A model generated the notes under the pieces. It was given only the letters and a program-made list of their open reading frames with translations, was not told the origin of the DNA and made no database searches. The position numbers and the translations under genes were made by a program. Of a stretch of DNA of 64,000 bases, positions 10,688 through 21,932 are shown piece after piece. Every line of letters begins with the position of its first letter. Positions within the stretch are counted from its first letter, which is position 1. This DNA is from Selaginella moellendorffii (taxonomy: Eukaryota > Plantae > Lycopodiophyta): positions 558,001 through 622,000 of the forward strand of contig NW_003314326.1 of NCBI RefSeq assembly GCF_000143415.4. The letters run 5' to 3'.

Positions 10688-12868
10688 TTACAAGTGTACA
10701 AGCAAACTCAAAGCTCTGGGATTCAATCCAAAATCCTTTCCCGGCTGCTCCTTGTTGCTGGCCCTCACATCATCATGATTCCGACGAGCTCCAAACAGCG
10801 TTGTCCACTCGAGAAAATCAGGAACAAATGGCATGCTGCAAATAAGTTCGCGAGCGTTGCGGAGGTGACCGGCCCTGCAAAGAAGATCTACCAGACAAGA
10901 GTAGTGCTGCTTGCACGGCTCCACTCCAAAATCCCCGATCATGGACAAGAAACACGATCTCCCAGCCTCCAGTTTCCCGGCCTGGCTCAGAGCGCTCAAA
11001 ACCAGCACGAAGATGGTCTCACCGATCTCGTCCAGCAGCTTCATCGCATCGAAGAGAGTCATCACTTCTCCCAGTCGCGACCCATCGGTAAATCCAGCAA
11101 GAAGCGAGCTCCACGCCACAAGATTTCTATCGGGCATTCTATCGAAGATCGTCTTTGCTTGATCCAAATGCCCGTTCTGGGCATACGCTGCTGCGATCGC
11201 GGTCCAGCACACGCGATTCCTCTCCGGGAATTCGTCAAACATCGCCTTTGCCTCGTAGATCCTGCCGCTTTGCGAGAGCATTGACACAAATGTGTTCCAG
11301 GAAGCCATGTCGTGCTCGGGCATGGCTTGGTGAAAGATCTTCCGGGCCTCCTCCACAAGGCCCATCTTGGCACACGCGGATAGCACCGCGGTAAGCAGCA
11401 CCAGATCCTTGGCCGGGATGGAATCAAGCAGCCACAATGCCGACTCCAGATCGCCGGTCGCCGCATAACCATCGATCATCGCAGTGGCCGTGACGAGATT
11501 GTGCCGCGGCATTCGATCGTAGATTGCCTTGGCCGCGCGGAGATTGGTAGCTCTTCCGCGATCCTGGGAGTTTGAGTAGAGCGCCAGCATCGATCCACAA
11601 GAGACGATGTCCCGCTCGCGCATCTCATCGAAGAAGAGACGCTCCGCCTCTTGGATCTTCCCATGCTGCGAGTAAATCGCGAGCATCGCGTTGCAGCACA
11701 CGAGGCTGTGCTGTGGCAATCGATCGAACAGCGCCCTTGAGTGGCGGAGGCCATCGATCCGGCCGCCAAGAACACCCAGGATGGTGGTGATCGAGAAGGG
11801 ATCTATGGCCGGCATACTCTCGAAGAGCCTCTCGGCCTCCTCGATATGCCTAAGCCGGGCATACGCGAAAAGCATCGCGTTCCATGTCACAATGTTTGTC
11901 TCTGGCAGCCCATCGAAAACTCTTTTTGCTTCTTCAAGCTTGCCAGCCACGGTGTATGCCGTGAGCATTGCGTTCCAGGTGACGAGATTCCTGTGCTCCA
12001 TGCCCGAGAATATTTCTTTCGCGTACTCTATATGCCCAGATTGGGCATATGCTGTGAGTAGTGTGGTTTCAGAGATTACATCCTTTTCGGGTATCTTGTC
12101 CAGAATGGATTTTACATTTTCAAGGTTACCAGCTTGTATGTGTCCAAAGAGATATGTATTCCAAGAAATGAGATTTAAAAGGGGCATCTCTACAAAGAAT
12201 GACACTACTTTATCAAAATGACAAGATTGGGCATATGCTGAAAGCATGGCATTCCACGTAACGAGGTTCCTTTCGGGCATCTTTTCAAACAAAATTTCAG
12301 CGTCTTCAACTTTACTGGCTTGTGCTAATGCCGATAGCATTGCCGTGCAAGATACCACGCTGTGTTGTGGCATCGCTAAGAAGATTCGCTTTGATTTATC
12401 AAGGTGACCATTTCTGGCATTTGCAAAGAACATTGTGTTCCACGAGACAGCGTTTCGCTGCTTCATGGAGGTAAATATCTCTTGCGCTCGATCGAGAAAG
12501 CCATTATCTGCATACGCGGCAAGGATTGTGTTCCAGGACATAATACTGTGCTCCGGCATCGCGTCAAAGATTTGCCTGGCTTGGTTCAAATCTCCGTTGC
12601 GCGAGTAGGCCGAAAGCATCAGCTTCCAGGACGAGCAGTTCTTCCCGGCCAATCCATCAAATACTCGCCGCGCGCTCCTGGCGGTCCCAAATCGCCCATA
12701 CATCTCGATCAATCTGTTGGAAATCGCAATCGCCTCCTCCTCTTTCTCCTCCATTTCCAAGAGGCCCTGAATTCTTCTGTGGGCGCTCTCGAGCATAGTG
12801 AGCGAGCTACAGGATTGGATGAGATGAAGCGCATCGTTCCCGGTCACGAGGAAGAAGAAGCAAACCAT
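10688..12868 (-). CDS. PLS-class PPR protein with partial E domain and no DYW domain (organellar RNA editing factor type)
   Basis: Many ~31-aa S/L-type repeats (NLVTWNAMLxAYAQxG...A..IF..MP), followed by the E-type motif GVEPCKQHYSCLVDLLCRAGHLRNARELICSMPFVPD. Confidence 0.92.
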   Translation of the reverse strand: MVCFFFLVTGNDALHLIQSCSSLTMLESAHRRIQGLLEMEEKEEEAIAISNRLIEMYGRFGTARSARRVFDGLAGKNCSSWKLMLSAYSRNGDLNQARQIFDAMPEHSIMSWNTILAAYADNGFLDRAQEIFTSMKQRNAVSWNTMFFANARNGHLDKSKRIFLAMPQHSVVSCTAMLSALAQASKVEDAEILFEKMPERNLVTWNAMLSAYAQSCHFDKVVSFFVEMPLLNLISWNTYLFGHIQAGNLENVKSILDKIPEKDVISETTLLTAYAQSGHIEYAKEIFSGMEHRNLVTWNAMLTAYTVAGKLEEAKRVFDGLPETNIVTWNAMLFAYARLRHIEEAERLFESMPAIDPFSITTILGVLGGRIDGLRHSRALFDRLPQHSLVCCNAMLAIYSQHGKIQEAERLFFDEMRERDIVSCGSMLALYSNSQDRGRATNLRAAKAIYDRMPRHNLVTATAMIDGYAATGDLESALWLLDSIPAKDLVLLTAVLSACAKMGLVEEARKIFHQAMPEHDMASWNTFVSMLSQSGRIYEAKAMFDEFPERNRVCWTAIAAAYAQNGHLDQAKTIFDRMPDRNLVAWSSLLAGFTDGSRLGEVMTLFDAMKLLDEIGETIFVLVLSALSQAGKLEAGRSCFLSMIGDFGVEPCKQHYSCLVDLLCRAGHLRNARELICSMPFVPDFLEWTTLFGARRNHDDVRASNKEQPGKDFGLNPRALSLLVHL

Positions 12869-12919
12869 GAAAGATTCTTTATTCAGAAGGAATATTCTTT
12901 GTCAGGTAGGATAAGAGCC

Positions 12920-14335
12920 CTACTTCCCAGCACTTTTGAAACTTTGTGCCCAGCGTCTTGCCTCGACTAGGGAAGATCGCATTGCTCGATCGGCAGCCTT
13001 CTGGATATCGCGAGCTCGTCTCCTCATCTCGCGCCCTTCTTCGGCGATCATCACAGTGGCGATGGCGTCGGATATTTCGGATTGAGTGACAAACCTGGTG
13101 CTGGCATCTGGATTGCGAGAGATGATCCTGGCGCCGACCTTCCACACATCCACCAGGTACTTTGCATTGAGGCTTTGCTCCGCGATAGATGGCCAGCCGA
13201 CCAGTGGAACTCCACAGCTCAAGCTCTCCAGGATGGAGTTCCAGCCGCAGTGCGTGACGAATCCACCAATCGAGGGATGCTTGAGAATCTGGAGCTGCGA
13301 GCACCAAGGAACGACCATACCTCTCGCAGAAGTTCTTCGCTGGAACTCCTCGCTCAAGCTCGGCTGCTGGGATCGACGCAAAGCCCACAGGAAGAAGAGA
13401 TTTTGGTTGAGTTCTTCCAGTGCGCTGGCGAGTTCCTGGAGCTGCTCCGCGGAGTGCTCCGCCAGCGTTCCAAAGCAGATGTAGAGGACTGAGAGAGGTG
13501 GTTTCTCGTGCAGCCAGGAAAGGATTGGAAGATCATCCGGAGCTACCGGATCATCCATTGGCAGCAAAGGACCGAGTGTGACCAGCTTCACTCCGAGTTG
13601 GCGGATGCAAGCAAGAGACTGAGAGTCCAGCTCCGGGATCGTGTTCACGATCACCCATGGTGCCTCGATCAGGTACTGTGCCAGCTCTAGCGTCCTTTCA
13701 AGTTGCTGATCTCTTGGCTTGAGCAGGGCCGTTGGAACGTCCATATAGTTACACAGAGCTGGAACTCCGGTGAGGCCCGAGACAGTGGAGAGAGCATTGG
13801 AAGGCGTGAGAGGTGCATAGCCGCCATCCACGAAAGCTTTTACTTGGAGACAGAGAAGTAGCCAAGGCGGAGATGGCGTCCAAAACAAAGCCACTGAAGC
13901 ATTGTGCTTGTCAGCCACGTCCCTGAGGTGGAGAGCGAGGAAGTCGAGGATCACGCAGGAGATCTGGCCGTGGCGGCTAACGGACGACTCGACTATTTGA
14001 TCTACGGTACCGTGCTGCGCGCTCATCCATCGCAAAACGGCCCAGAGTCCTTCCTCACCGCCTTGCTCGAGCTCGACGCTGTCTTCATCGGGAATGAACT
14101 CAAAGCTAAGCCCGCTACGCACCGTTTCGGCGTCATCGATGTGGGAGAGGCTCGACTCGAATGCCGAGAGCGTGGCAGCCTGTGTTCTTCCGCTGGCGAT
14201 GAAGGTAACTTTGTTTCCCAGTGATGCGAGCTGGAGTGACAATCGAAGCATTGGGGATATGTGGCCATAGAGCGGCAGGGGAACCACAACCAAGTGTGGA
14301 GAAGCCATGGAAGCTTGCGGATGTTTCTTCGACAT
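12920..14335 (-). CDS. UDP-glycosyltransferase (family GT1), intronless
   Basis: HLVVVPLPLYGHISPM; PSPG box [44 protein letters not shown]; intact 471-aa ORF (alternative ATG at 14308). Confidence 0.94.
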   Translation of the reverse strand: MSKKHPQASMASPHLVVVPLPLYGHISPMLRLSLQLASLGNKVTFIASGRTQAATLSAFESSLSHIDDAETVRSGLSFEFIPDEDSVELEQGGEEGLWAVLRWMSAQHGTVDQIVESSVSRHGQISCVILDFLALHLRDVADKHNASVALFWTPSPPWLLLCLQVKAFVDGGYAPLTPSNALSTVSGLTGVPALCNYMDVPTALLKPRDQQLERTLELAQYLIEAPWVIVNTIPELDSQSLACIRQLGVKLVTLGPLLPMDDPVAPDDLPILSWLHEKPPLSVLYICFGTLAEHSAEQLQELASALEELNQNLFFLWALRRSQQPSLSEEFQRRTSARGMVVPWCSQLQILKHPSIGGFVTHCGWNSILESLSCGVPLVGWPSIAEQSLNAKYLVDVWKVGARIISRNPDASTRFVTQSEISDAIATVMIAEEGREMRRRARDIQKAADRAMRSSLVEARRWAQSFKSAGK

Positions 14336-15537
14336 GCTTTTGCCGCTGCCCTAGTACTAGGAGAAAAGTGCTGCACGGCTGAGGTGTGATATATGTGGAT
14401 ACAAGCGAGCCATGCAAAACGACAGGGAAAACACGAATCTTTTCTAGACTTGATTTTTAGTGAAGTTTCTTCTTGTTGCAGAGTGATGACTGCATGGCAT
14501 CAAAGCAACAAGATATACTCTAAATCCCCCTAGAAAGATATAGCCACTTTATCCAAATGACCCCTTTGGGCTGCAAGGATTGCCTCAAGATGGCAACAAC
14601 ACTATGTTCCAAGAGACATGGAGCTAAATATTTCTTGCAGTCGATGAAACTTTGTGTTGGAGCCCATCGTTCCCGCTCTGTGACGAATATTGTCAATTCA
14701 AATGTTTGTAAGCCCTCGATTAAAAGGTTTGACTGTGACGGTGCGCCGGCGGAGGCTTCATAGTTTGGAAGGATTCCCACGCGAATCTTTCCGATTAGCG
14801 TTGCTATCGACCGAATCGAGCCCGAGACCTCTCACCAGCCAGCGACGCCGACAGCTCTTCTCCGCGTTATATTCGTACTCAGCTACGCACGCAAACAAAC
14901 AGCGTATGTATACACGTATGGAATGGAAGAAGCGAACAGAAAGAACGCATTTAATGTCAAAGAGACGCCGCCCCAGTAAAAGGTTAAAAGGTCTTCGTTT
15001 TTACTAATTTATTTGCGAATATTCGTGCGCATGAAGAGAAAGAACGAGGGCTTAGCTAATGAAAGAAGGAATGATGAACACATTCCAGGCGCTGGCGCTG
15101 GCCGGAAGGAGCTAGGTCGATTCGATCGCTAGGGCGCATTCATTGCGCGGCACAGGTTTGTGAAGCCAAATCTCGTGGTATCGTCGCGCTCCAGGCAAGC
15201 AGGCGGCTCCATCGGCATGGGATCGCGATGATCTTTGCTTATTTCGATGGAATCCCGAGCGCGGGCACGTATTTCGAGCGCTCCAGGCCGGAATCTCTCC
15301 TCTTTTGGGATCGCAATGCGGGTATCCAGCTGCGAGCTCTGGAAATATTGAAAGGCTGGGCAGTGATTCTTTTCTTCCGGGAAGAAGGAAGGGGCGTGCT
15401 CGCCGAGCCAAGACAATGGCGTTAGTTAGGTGGATGTAACTGCTGCCTAGTTCCGGAATGCGGCGCGGAACAAGAATCGAGAGCTCTCGTCGTGATCATC
15501 CAGGCGCTCGGCTCCAAGCTGGATTGATTATAAGGGG

Positions 15538-18037
15538 ATGGAATCGCCAGAGTTTCAGTTCGACGTTTTCTCCGCGAATGATCATCACTTCTCGCTGCGC
15601 GATAGCGTTTCTTTCGTCGATGCCAATGCTGCTAGTGCTGCTGCGGCTTCGAGACGACACTCGCGATCTATGAGGTATGGCTTTCTCGCGACACTGGTTG
15701 ATAACTTTGGAAAAGCTGATGCTCGTGAGCTGGAGCAGTGCGCCGGTGTATCAACGCCCGTCTGGTGGTTGGGGGGAGGCTTTTCAATACAAAGAGGTGA
15801 GCAACGCCGATACGCTCTCACTCTCATCGCTAGTTCCCTCTTCTCTTCTAAAAACTTTTTTCCAGGTCTTTATGCCGGATAAAACAAGAGGGTGGAGCTA
15901 CATGCTGAAAAGGAGCGATGTTGACACGAGAATTAGCCAGCGAGCGAGCTTAGAGAAGGACGTAAGTAGCGATGGTTTAACAAAGAAGTTCTATTTCACT
16001 TACGTGATCCATCAATTGGTGCTTTTAATTCCGCAGGTTCATGAGCTCCAGCTACAGCTTGAGATTGAGAAAACTGTACGGAAGGTGCTGGAGAAGGCCT
16101 TAACATCGCCCTGCTGTGAGCCACTATCGTCTGGAGTTTTAAGTCCTCAGGTGAGTGGAGTGGTGCATTAAACTGTACTATATTTCTGTTTTTTCAAACT
16201 GGTCCTTTGTCCGCCTGGCAGATCACGGAGCTCATCAAAGAGATTTCAAGTCTCGAGTCAGAAGTGGTTCACTTGGAGAAGCACGTACTCTCACTGTACC
16301 GGAAAGTGTTCGACGGCAGAGGGACTCCACAAGATGCCAGCGTTCCAATGCGTCTGCTGTCGTCGAGCGACCATCAACATAACGTCAGCGTCCGACACAG
16401 GCCAAGGAAAGCTTATTCTTTCCAGCATAGACGACATGCTTCCCAGGGCTGCCAATCTCTACAAGATGCTGTCTCATATGCGCATTCGAAAACAAGGCAT
16501 GCGTCGCTCCTTGGCGGGAAGTTCCGCATTGCGGAGGAGCAGGAAAACGTAAGCAATGCGTTTCAAAGCCTTTCTTTACCTTTTGCTCTTTATCTTGGCC
16601 AGGAAACTCGGGTGTATTCTTCCGAATTTGATGTTCCGAGTCCGCGGGGTTGGGCCTTGGCGTGTGATCCTCATACGGTAAAAGCCGTTTCGCTGTATCA
16701 TCTCTGCAATTTCTGGCTTTACGTGTGCAGCCGCTGCAAGACGCAGCACCAGATCGCAACTTAACGGAATTCTATGATTCTCCGAACAAACTGTCGGAAC
16801 GAATGGTGCGCTGTATGGCTGCCATTTACTGTAAACTAGCTGATCCGCCGCTGCCATCCACTGGAGATGCATTATCTCCACCTTCTTCATCGTCAATGTC
16901 GTCAACGGGCACTTCTCGTGATGTATCCAGCGAAGGATGGAGTCCGCTGTCCAAAGAATCAGTGACTTGTTCAACTAGTATGATCGAAGTCCCCTGGATT
17001 CGCGTGGACAAGGAGCGTTTGACTTACGCAGCACAGGCCTTGCGGAATTTCAGGTGAGTGGTTTTAATGATGGTGTTTTGTTGCTGCTGGCTGACATACC
17101 GGCCGACAGATCAATGGTCGAGCAGCTTGAGAGCGTTCACCCGGGTGAAATGAAGCATGACGAAAAGCTAGCGTTTTGGATAAATATCCATAACGCGCTG
17201 GTGATGCACGTACGAGAATCTCTTCTGATTTAACTCACCTGATCAAGATTCTCGCTCCTACTAACGTGCGGACATGACGTCTCTTGCAGGCATACTTGGC
17301 ATATGGAATCCCTCGCAGTAATCTTAAAAGGGCTTCTCTTTTGCAAAAGGTACATCCACCAGACCATACCAGCTTCTTGCTTAGAAATTGCGTTCGTGTT
17401 CCCCATGTTTCAGGCTGCGTATAAAGTAGGTTCATATTCTATAAACGCGTGTACCATAGAGAATTCGATTCTTGGCTGCCGCTCTCAACGTCCAGCACAG
17501 GTTCTTGCCATCCCACTTGCAACTTGACAGAAATATAGTCCTTCTGTGCAGTGGCTTCAAACGCTTTTCGGACCCCTCACCAAGTTCAAATCGGAAGAAC
17601 GTCGAGCTTATGCACTAAACACGCCAGAGCCACTGATCTGTTTTGCGCTGTGCTCCGGAGGACGCTCCGATCCGGCGGTACTTTTCCCGTTTACTTGCGT
17701 GTATCTGGCTCACATTCTGTTCCAGGTGCGAGCTTACACTCCAAAGTCTGTCAAGACAGAGCTCGAGTCAGCCAAGAGAGACTTTCTACTCGCAAACATC
17801 AGCACCAAAAACAGCAAAGTCCTGGCGCCAAAGCTGGTCGAGGCATATGCGCGCGACGCCGGGCTCTCCTCGAGCAAGCTCCTGGATTGGATCATCCGCA
17901 ACGCATCTGACAAACAGGCGAGGAACTTTCGGCATGGAAAGTCGACGGGGCAGCGGCAGCGACACCTGGAATGGATCCCTTACGACTTTAACTTCGGCTA
18001 CGTGTTTGTGAGGGAGCTCGCGACGACGACGAGATAA
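15538..18037 (+). CDS. Lzipper-MIP1/DUF547 domain protein (multi-exon)
   Basis: Exons encode RASLEKDV/LQLQLEIEKTVRKVLEKAL, ELIKEISSLESEVVHLE, PNKLSERMVRCMAAIYCKL, EKLAFWINIHNALVMH/AYLAYGIP, PEPLICFALCSGGRSDPAVRAYT and EWIPYDFNFGYVF, separated by GT-AG introns. The start is approximate. Confidence 0.88.
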
Positions 18038-18378
18038 ATGGTTTTCTTCTCCGAGTGAGTTCTTCACAGCATATTTATTGGTTCTAACTCTGTGTATATT
18101 AACACCCCAAAGCGAAGTTTACAGCTTGAAAGAAAAAGAGACGCAACACGGGGTGGTATTCACTTTTAAAGAAGCTTCTTCCGCGACAAGAGCGTGAGCC
18201 AGCCAAACCATAGGTGCGCGAACGGAAAGCGTGCACACACGACTCTCACAACAGCGTTGCTCAGCTCAGCCACAAAAACCAATGACGACGACGACGACGA
18301 CTTTTCCTCCCTCGATCGGATTCGACAAGCCGGAAGCTATGTACAGCTTACTAGGAGGCAGCGGAGGTGGGCGGGGAC

Positions 18379-19437
18379 TTATGATGATGGGGCTGTGACA
18401 TCCTTGGCAGCAGCACCACCAACCAGCCACTTCAAGCTCCGCCTCGCAAATCCAGAGACCGCTGCTCCTCGGCTTGCCGCGGACGACTCGCCGCCGCCAC
18501 TCCAAAGATTGCCGGAACCAACCGAGACGGACCTCCGCAAAACATCCGGGCTGCGAGCAGCCGGCAACGAGTCGGGCTCGTCGAGTGGAGCAAGCCCGGC
18601 AAAGCTGTTTGAGTGGTGGATCACAACCTGAGGAGGAGCAAGTCCCCGCTGGCTCCTGGCTCGCATTTTCTCCCGGATCTCCATCAGCTCCAGGTCGTGC
18701 ACCGCCATCTTAAACGACTCCGAGTGCCGCGAGAGTGTCCTCACCGCCTGGCCCTGGTCGTGCCGCCGGCTGGCATCCAGCGCCTCGTCGGGCTGGTGAT
18801 CTTCACGAAGAACCGAGCGCTCGGGATCCGCCGCCACCGCCACCTCCACCTCCACCTCCGCTGCTGCGTCCCGCCGCCCCTCAGCGATGGAGTTGGAGTT
18901 TGGATCCCGGCGGAAGGAGCCGACCACTGCCGAGAGAGCGCGCTGCAGGTGCCCGGACACGGCATTTTGGTCGAGGTTGCGGCGGCAGAGCGGGCAAGTG
19001 GAGTGGGTCTCGAGCCACATATCGATGCAATCGGCGTGGAAGAGGTGGCCGCAATCGGGGAGGAGGCGGACTTGCTCGTTCTCCTCGAACTGGAGCAGGC
19101 ACACTGTACACTCGGGGCCGGCCTTCCCCTTCTTGCTGGATTTGATGGACGAGTATCTCAAGATGGGCAGCTTCTCCAGCGATTCGGGATCCAGGCCGCG
19201 GTGCCGCTGCTGCTGCTGCTGCTGCTGCTGGCCTTGCTGCTGCTGAGCGTTGGGGCCGGCGTTCCAGCCGGTGGCATTCACCATGTTGCAGCGGCGGATG
19301 TAGAGCACGAAGAGGGCCATGAAGAAGAAGGTGGTGACGAGCACCACGACGATGATCGCCATGCTCGCGTTGAATTTGTAGGTGAGATCGCCCGGGTAGA
19401 ACATCCCGCCGGGGCCGCTGGGTGGGGTCGACGACAT
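18379..19437 (-). CDS. ATL-family RING-H2 E3 ubiquitin ligase
   Basis: N-terminal transmembrane segment, GLD motif and C-x2-C...[24 protein letters not shown]; intronless. Confidence 0.93.
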   Translation of the reverse strand: MSSTPPSGPGGMFYPGDLTYKFNASMAIIVVVLVTTFFFMALFVLYIRRCNMVNATGWNAGPNAQQQQGQQQQQQQQRHRGLDPESLEKLPILRYSSIKSSKKGKAGPECTVCLLQFEENEQVRLLPDCGHLFHADCIDMWLETHSTCPLCRRNLDQNAVSGHLQRALSAVVGSFRRDPNSNSIAEGRRDAAAEVEVEVAVAADPERSVLREDHQPDEALDASRRHDQGQAVRTLSRHSESFKMAVHDLELMEIREKMRARSQRGLAPPQVVIHHSNSFAGLAPLDEPDSLPAARSPDVLRRSVSVGSGNLWSGGGESSAASRGAAVSGFARRSLKWLVGGAAAKDVTAPSS

Positions 19438-20525
19438 TGTAGCAAGCTCTCACTGCTCTCGCGAAATATCGCCCAAATCGATCGATGATGGGAAGGATCT
19501 AGATCGAATCGCGGAAAGAAGAAGAAATCCCTCTCGGGCTGATGGATACCGATCTTAAATAGCCAGACCTTGGTCCTGCCGCTGTTCACACGCAGATTTC
19601 CGCGATCGCTCGTCCCTTTGTCGTTGCTGCTGGCCTCGCAGCGCCTCCTCGATACGATCCAAGAAATAGAACCGGAAAAGAGAACGCGGACACCGCTGTT
19701 CTCATCGCACGGCTTTCTAGCCTAATCCCTCACTAGCCACGCCAGACAGAGATCCACAACACGCCAAGCCGAGCGCTCCATCGCGTCCTCTCTCCTCTCT
19801 CCTCTCTCCTCTCGCCCTCTCGCCCTACCCTAATTTCTCCCCCTGGAAGAAGAAGAAGAAGTATCGCAGTCGCCAGGCATTGGGGAGAGGCTTTGTTGCC
19901 AAAGTCGTATCCGGTAGCTCTGTGCTGGTTGACAAAATTTCCCCACTGCCACGTGGCCAACACTCGGCCACTTGAAAAAAAATTCTAGTAAGGGAATTTT
20001 ATTTCTTACATTACGTTGGCGGCCATCAAGATTTTAAACTTACCATGGCGGCCTTCTAGATGCTCCCAGACCAAAGCATTGTATTCCGGCGCTACTACAG
20101 TAAAACGCCAGAAGAATATTCGCAAGAATCTTTCCGACACAAGGAGATCGATCCAACGGCTACGATTTGCGTGCGTTTGAAATAATCTTTAAACAAAATA
20201 GAAAGATTATCTCCGACGAAAAGGATGAGATGAGCTTCCCTTCCCTTTCAAAGAGGTAGGGCTGCCTTTCCGTGATATGAATCTTTGGCCTCTCTCTCTG
20301 CCAAAAGAAATCTCTCTTTCCTGTGCGCGCCTCGCAGATCCATCCACCAGCATTTCCTCCATCATCGATCGGCGCCTGCATTTCAACTCCTCTTCTCGAT
20401 CGATGATCTCTGGCGGTGAGCAGCAGCTCGCAATTCCCTCTTCTTGGCGTGGCTATGGCGGATTTTCACGAGCGGTGATTTGATCGGCCGAAATATCGAC
20501 TCGAACTTCTTCCTTGGAGGGAGCT

Positions 20526-21620
20526 ATGGCGGCTCCTCCATCGGCATCGCAGCTCACATACCCCTACAGCCTGAATTTCCAGTCGAGCACCAGCGTCGCG
20601 ATCATCATCGTCGTCCTCGGCGCCACATTCTTCTTCATGTTCTTGTTCGTCATCTACATCAAGCGATGCAACACGGAGCGATTCGACCAGGGCGATGGGA
20701 TGATGGCGCTCTCCAATCCACGCCACGATGGCGGCGGCGGCGGCGATGGCTGGAATCACCACCACCAGCAGCCGCGCATCCACGGCCTGGACCCCGAGGT
20801 TCTCCAGAAATTCCCAATCTTACAGTTCTCTCTGGATCGCAGCGACAGCAAGAACAAGAACAGCGCCAGCGCTACCACCAAGAAGGGCAAGATCATCGAT
20901 GGGCCGGTGGAATGCGCGGTGTGCTTGGGGAATTTCGAGGAGGGCGAGCTCTTGCGGATCTTGCCCGCTTGCGGCCATCTCTTCCACCCGGATTGCATCG
21001 ATGCGTGGCTCCACACGCACTCCACTTGCCCGCTGTGCCGGCGAAGCCTCAGCCGCGATGCCGTGTCTGGGCATTTGCTGCAAAGAGCGCTCGCCGCGAT
21101 CGCATCGCTCAGGAGCTCCGCCAATGCGGCCGCTGCCAACGAGGGGGACTCCTCCCCGGAGAATTCCACCATCTCTCCTCCAGTTCTTCCCACCCCTAGC
21201 GAGGATTTGGATCTGGAATCCCAGCAAGAGCTCGAGCAGGGACGGATCCTCCGGGCGCTCTCGCGCAATTCCGAGTCGTTCAAGGCGGCAGCCCAGAGCT
21301 TGGAGATCCAGGAGAGGCTACTCGCGGCGGTGGCGGCGACGAGCTCCTCGTCTGGAAGGTACAATCTCTCTTCCAGCTCCAATCCCGGCTCCGCGAGGCT
21401 GGAATTCCTCTCCCCGGGGAGATTGAGGAGCCTCTCTCACACCGCGGCAATGTCGCCCATCGCGTGTGGGCGAATGCCCCACTCCCAGAGCTTGACCAAT
21501 CTCATCGCCAGTGGGCAATCGCCCGGATGCTCGCAGTGCCAGCAGCCGGATGAGGTGCAATCGCAGCAATCGCGCTTCTCCCTGCGGAGATCCGTGTCAG
21601 CGTCCGGCCGGCGGCCATAA
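20526..21620 (+). CDS. ATL-family RING-H2 E3 ubiquitin ligase, divergent paralog
   Basis: Transmembrane segment, HGLDPE, CAVCL...[24 protein letters not shown]. Shares AVSGHL.QRAL and R.LSR.SESFK with the 18379-19437 gene. First ATG at 20526. Confidence 0.93.
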   Translation: MAAPPSASQLTYPYSLNFQSSTSVAIIIVVLGATFFFMFLFVIYIKRCNTERFDQGDGMMALSNPRHDGGGGGDGWNHHHQQPRIHGLDPEVLQKFPILQFSLDRSDSKNKNSASATTKKGKIIDGPVECAVCLGNFEEGELLRILPACGHLFHPDCIDAWLHTHSTCPLCRRSLSRDAVSGHLLQRALAAIASLRSSANAAAANEGDSSPENSTISPPVLPTPSEDLDLESQQELEQGRILRALSRNSESFKAAAQSLEIQERLLAAVAATSSSSGRYNLSSSSNPGSARLEFLSPGRLRSLSHTAAMSPIACGRMPHSQSLTNLIASGQSPGCSQCQQPDEVQSQQSRFSLRRSVSASGRRP

Positions 21621-21932
21621 GAGCCCTAAAAACAGAGGAGTGCTCCTCGGGACTGGTGATTGAATGGATCCCCCCACCAAACCCGAGCGCGACTGGACGG
21701 ATCAAAGATTGGATTGATTGCGTGCTGCAGCTGCGATGCGATCGATCCATCCGAGCAGTAAAAGGTCGGCATCAAATGGGAGAACAGGGGAAAAAGGAGA
21801 TGCGAGTGCCCTAGATGACGTTCCTTCTGCCCTAGCGGCGGGGGAATGGATATTCCGCTAGGCGAGAGACAGTTTGTGTTGTCCTAGACCTAGGAAAGGA
21901 GAGGAGCTCTGGCGGCGAGTGATCAACTCGGC

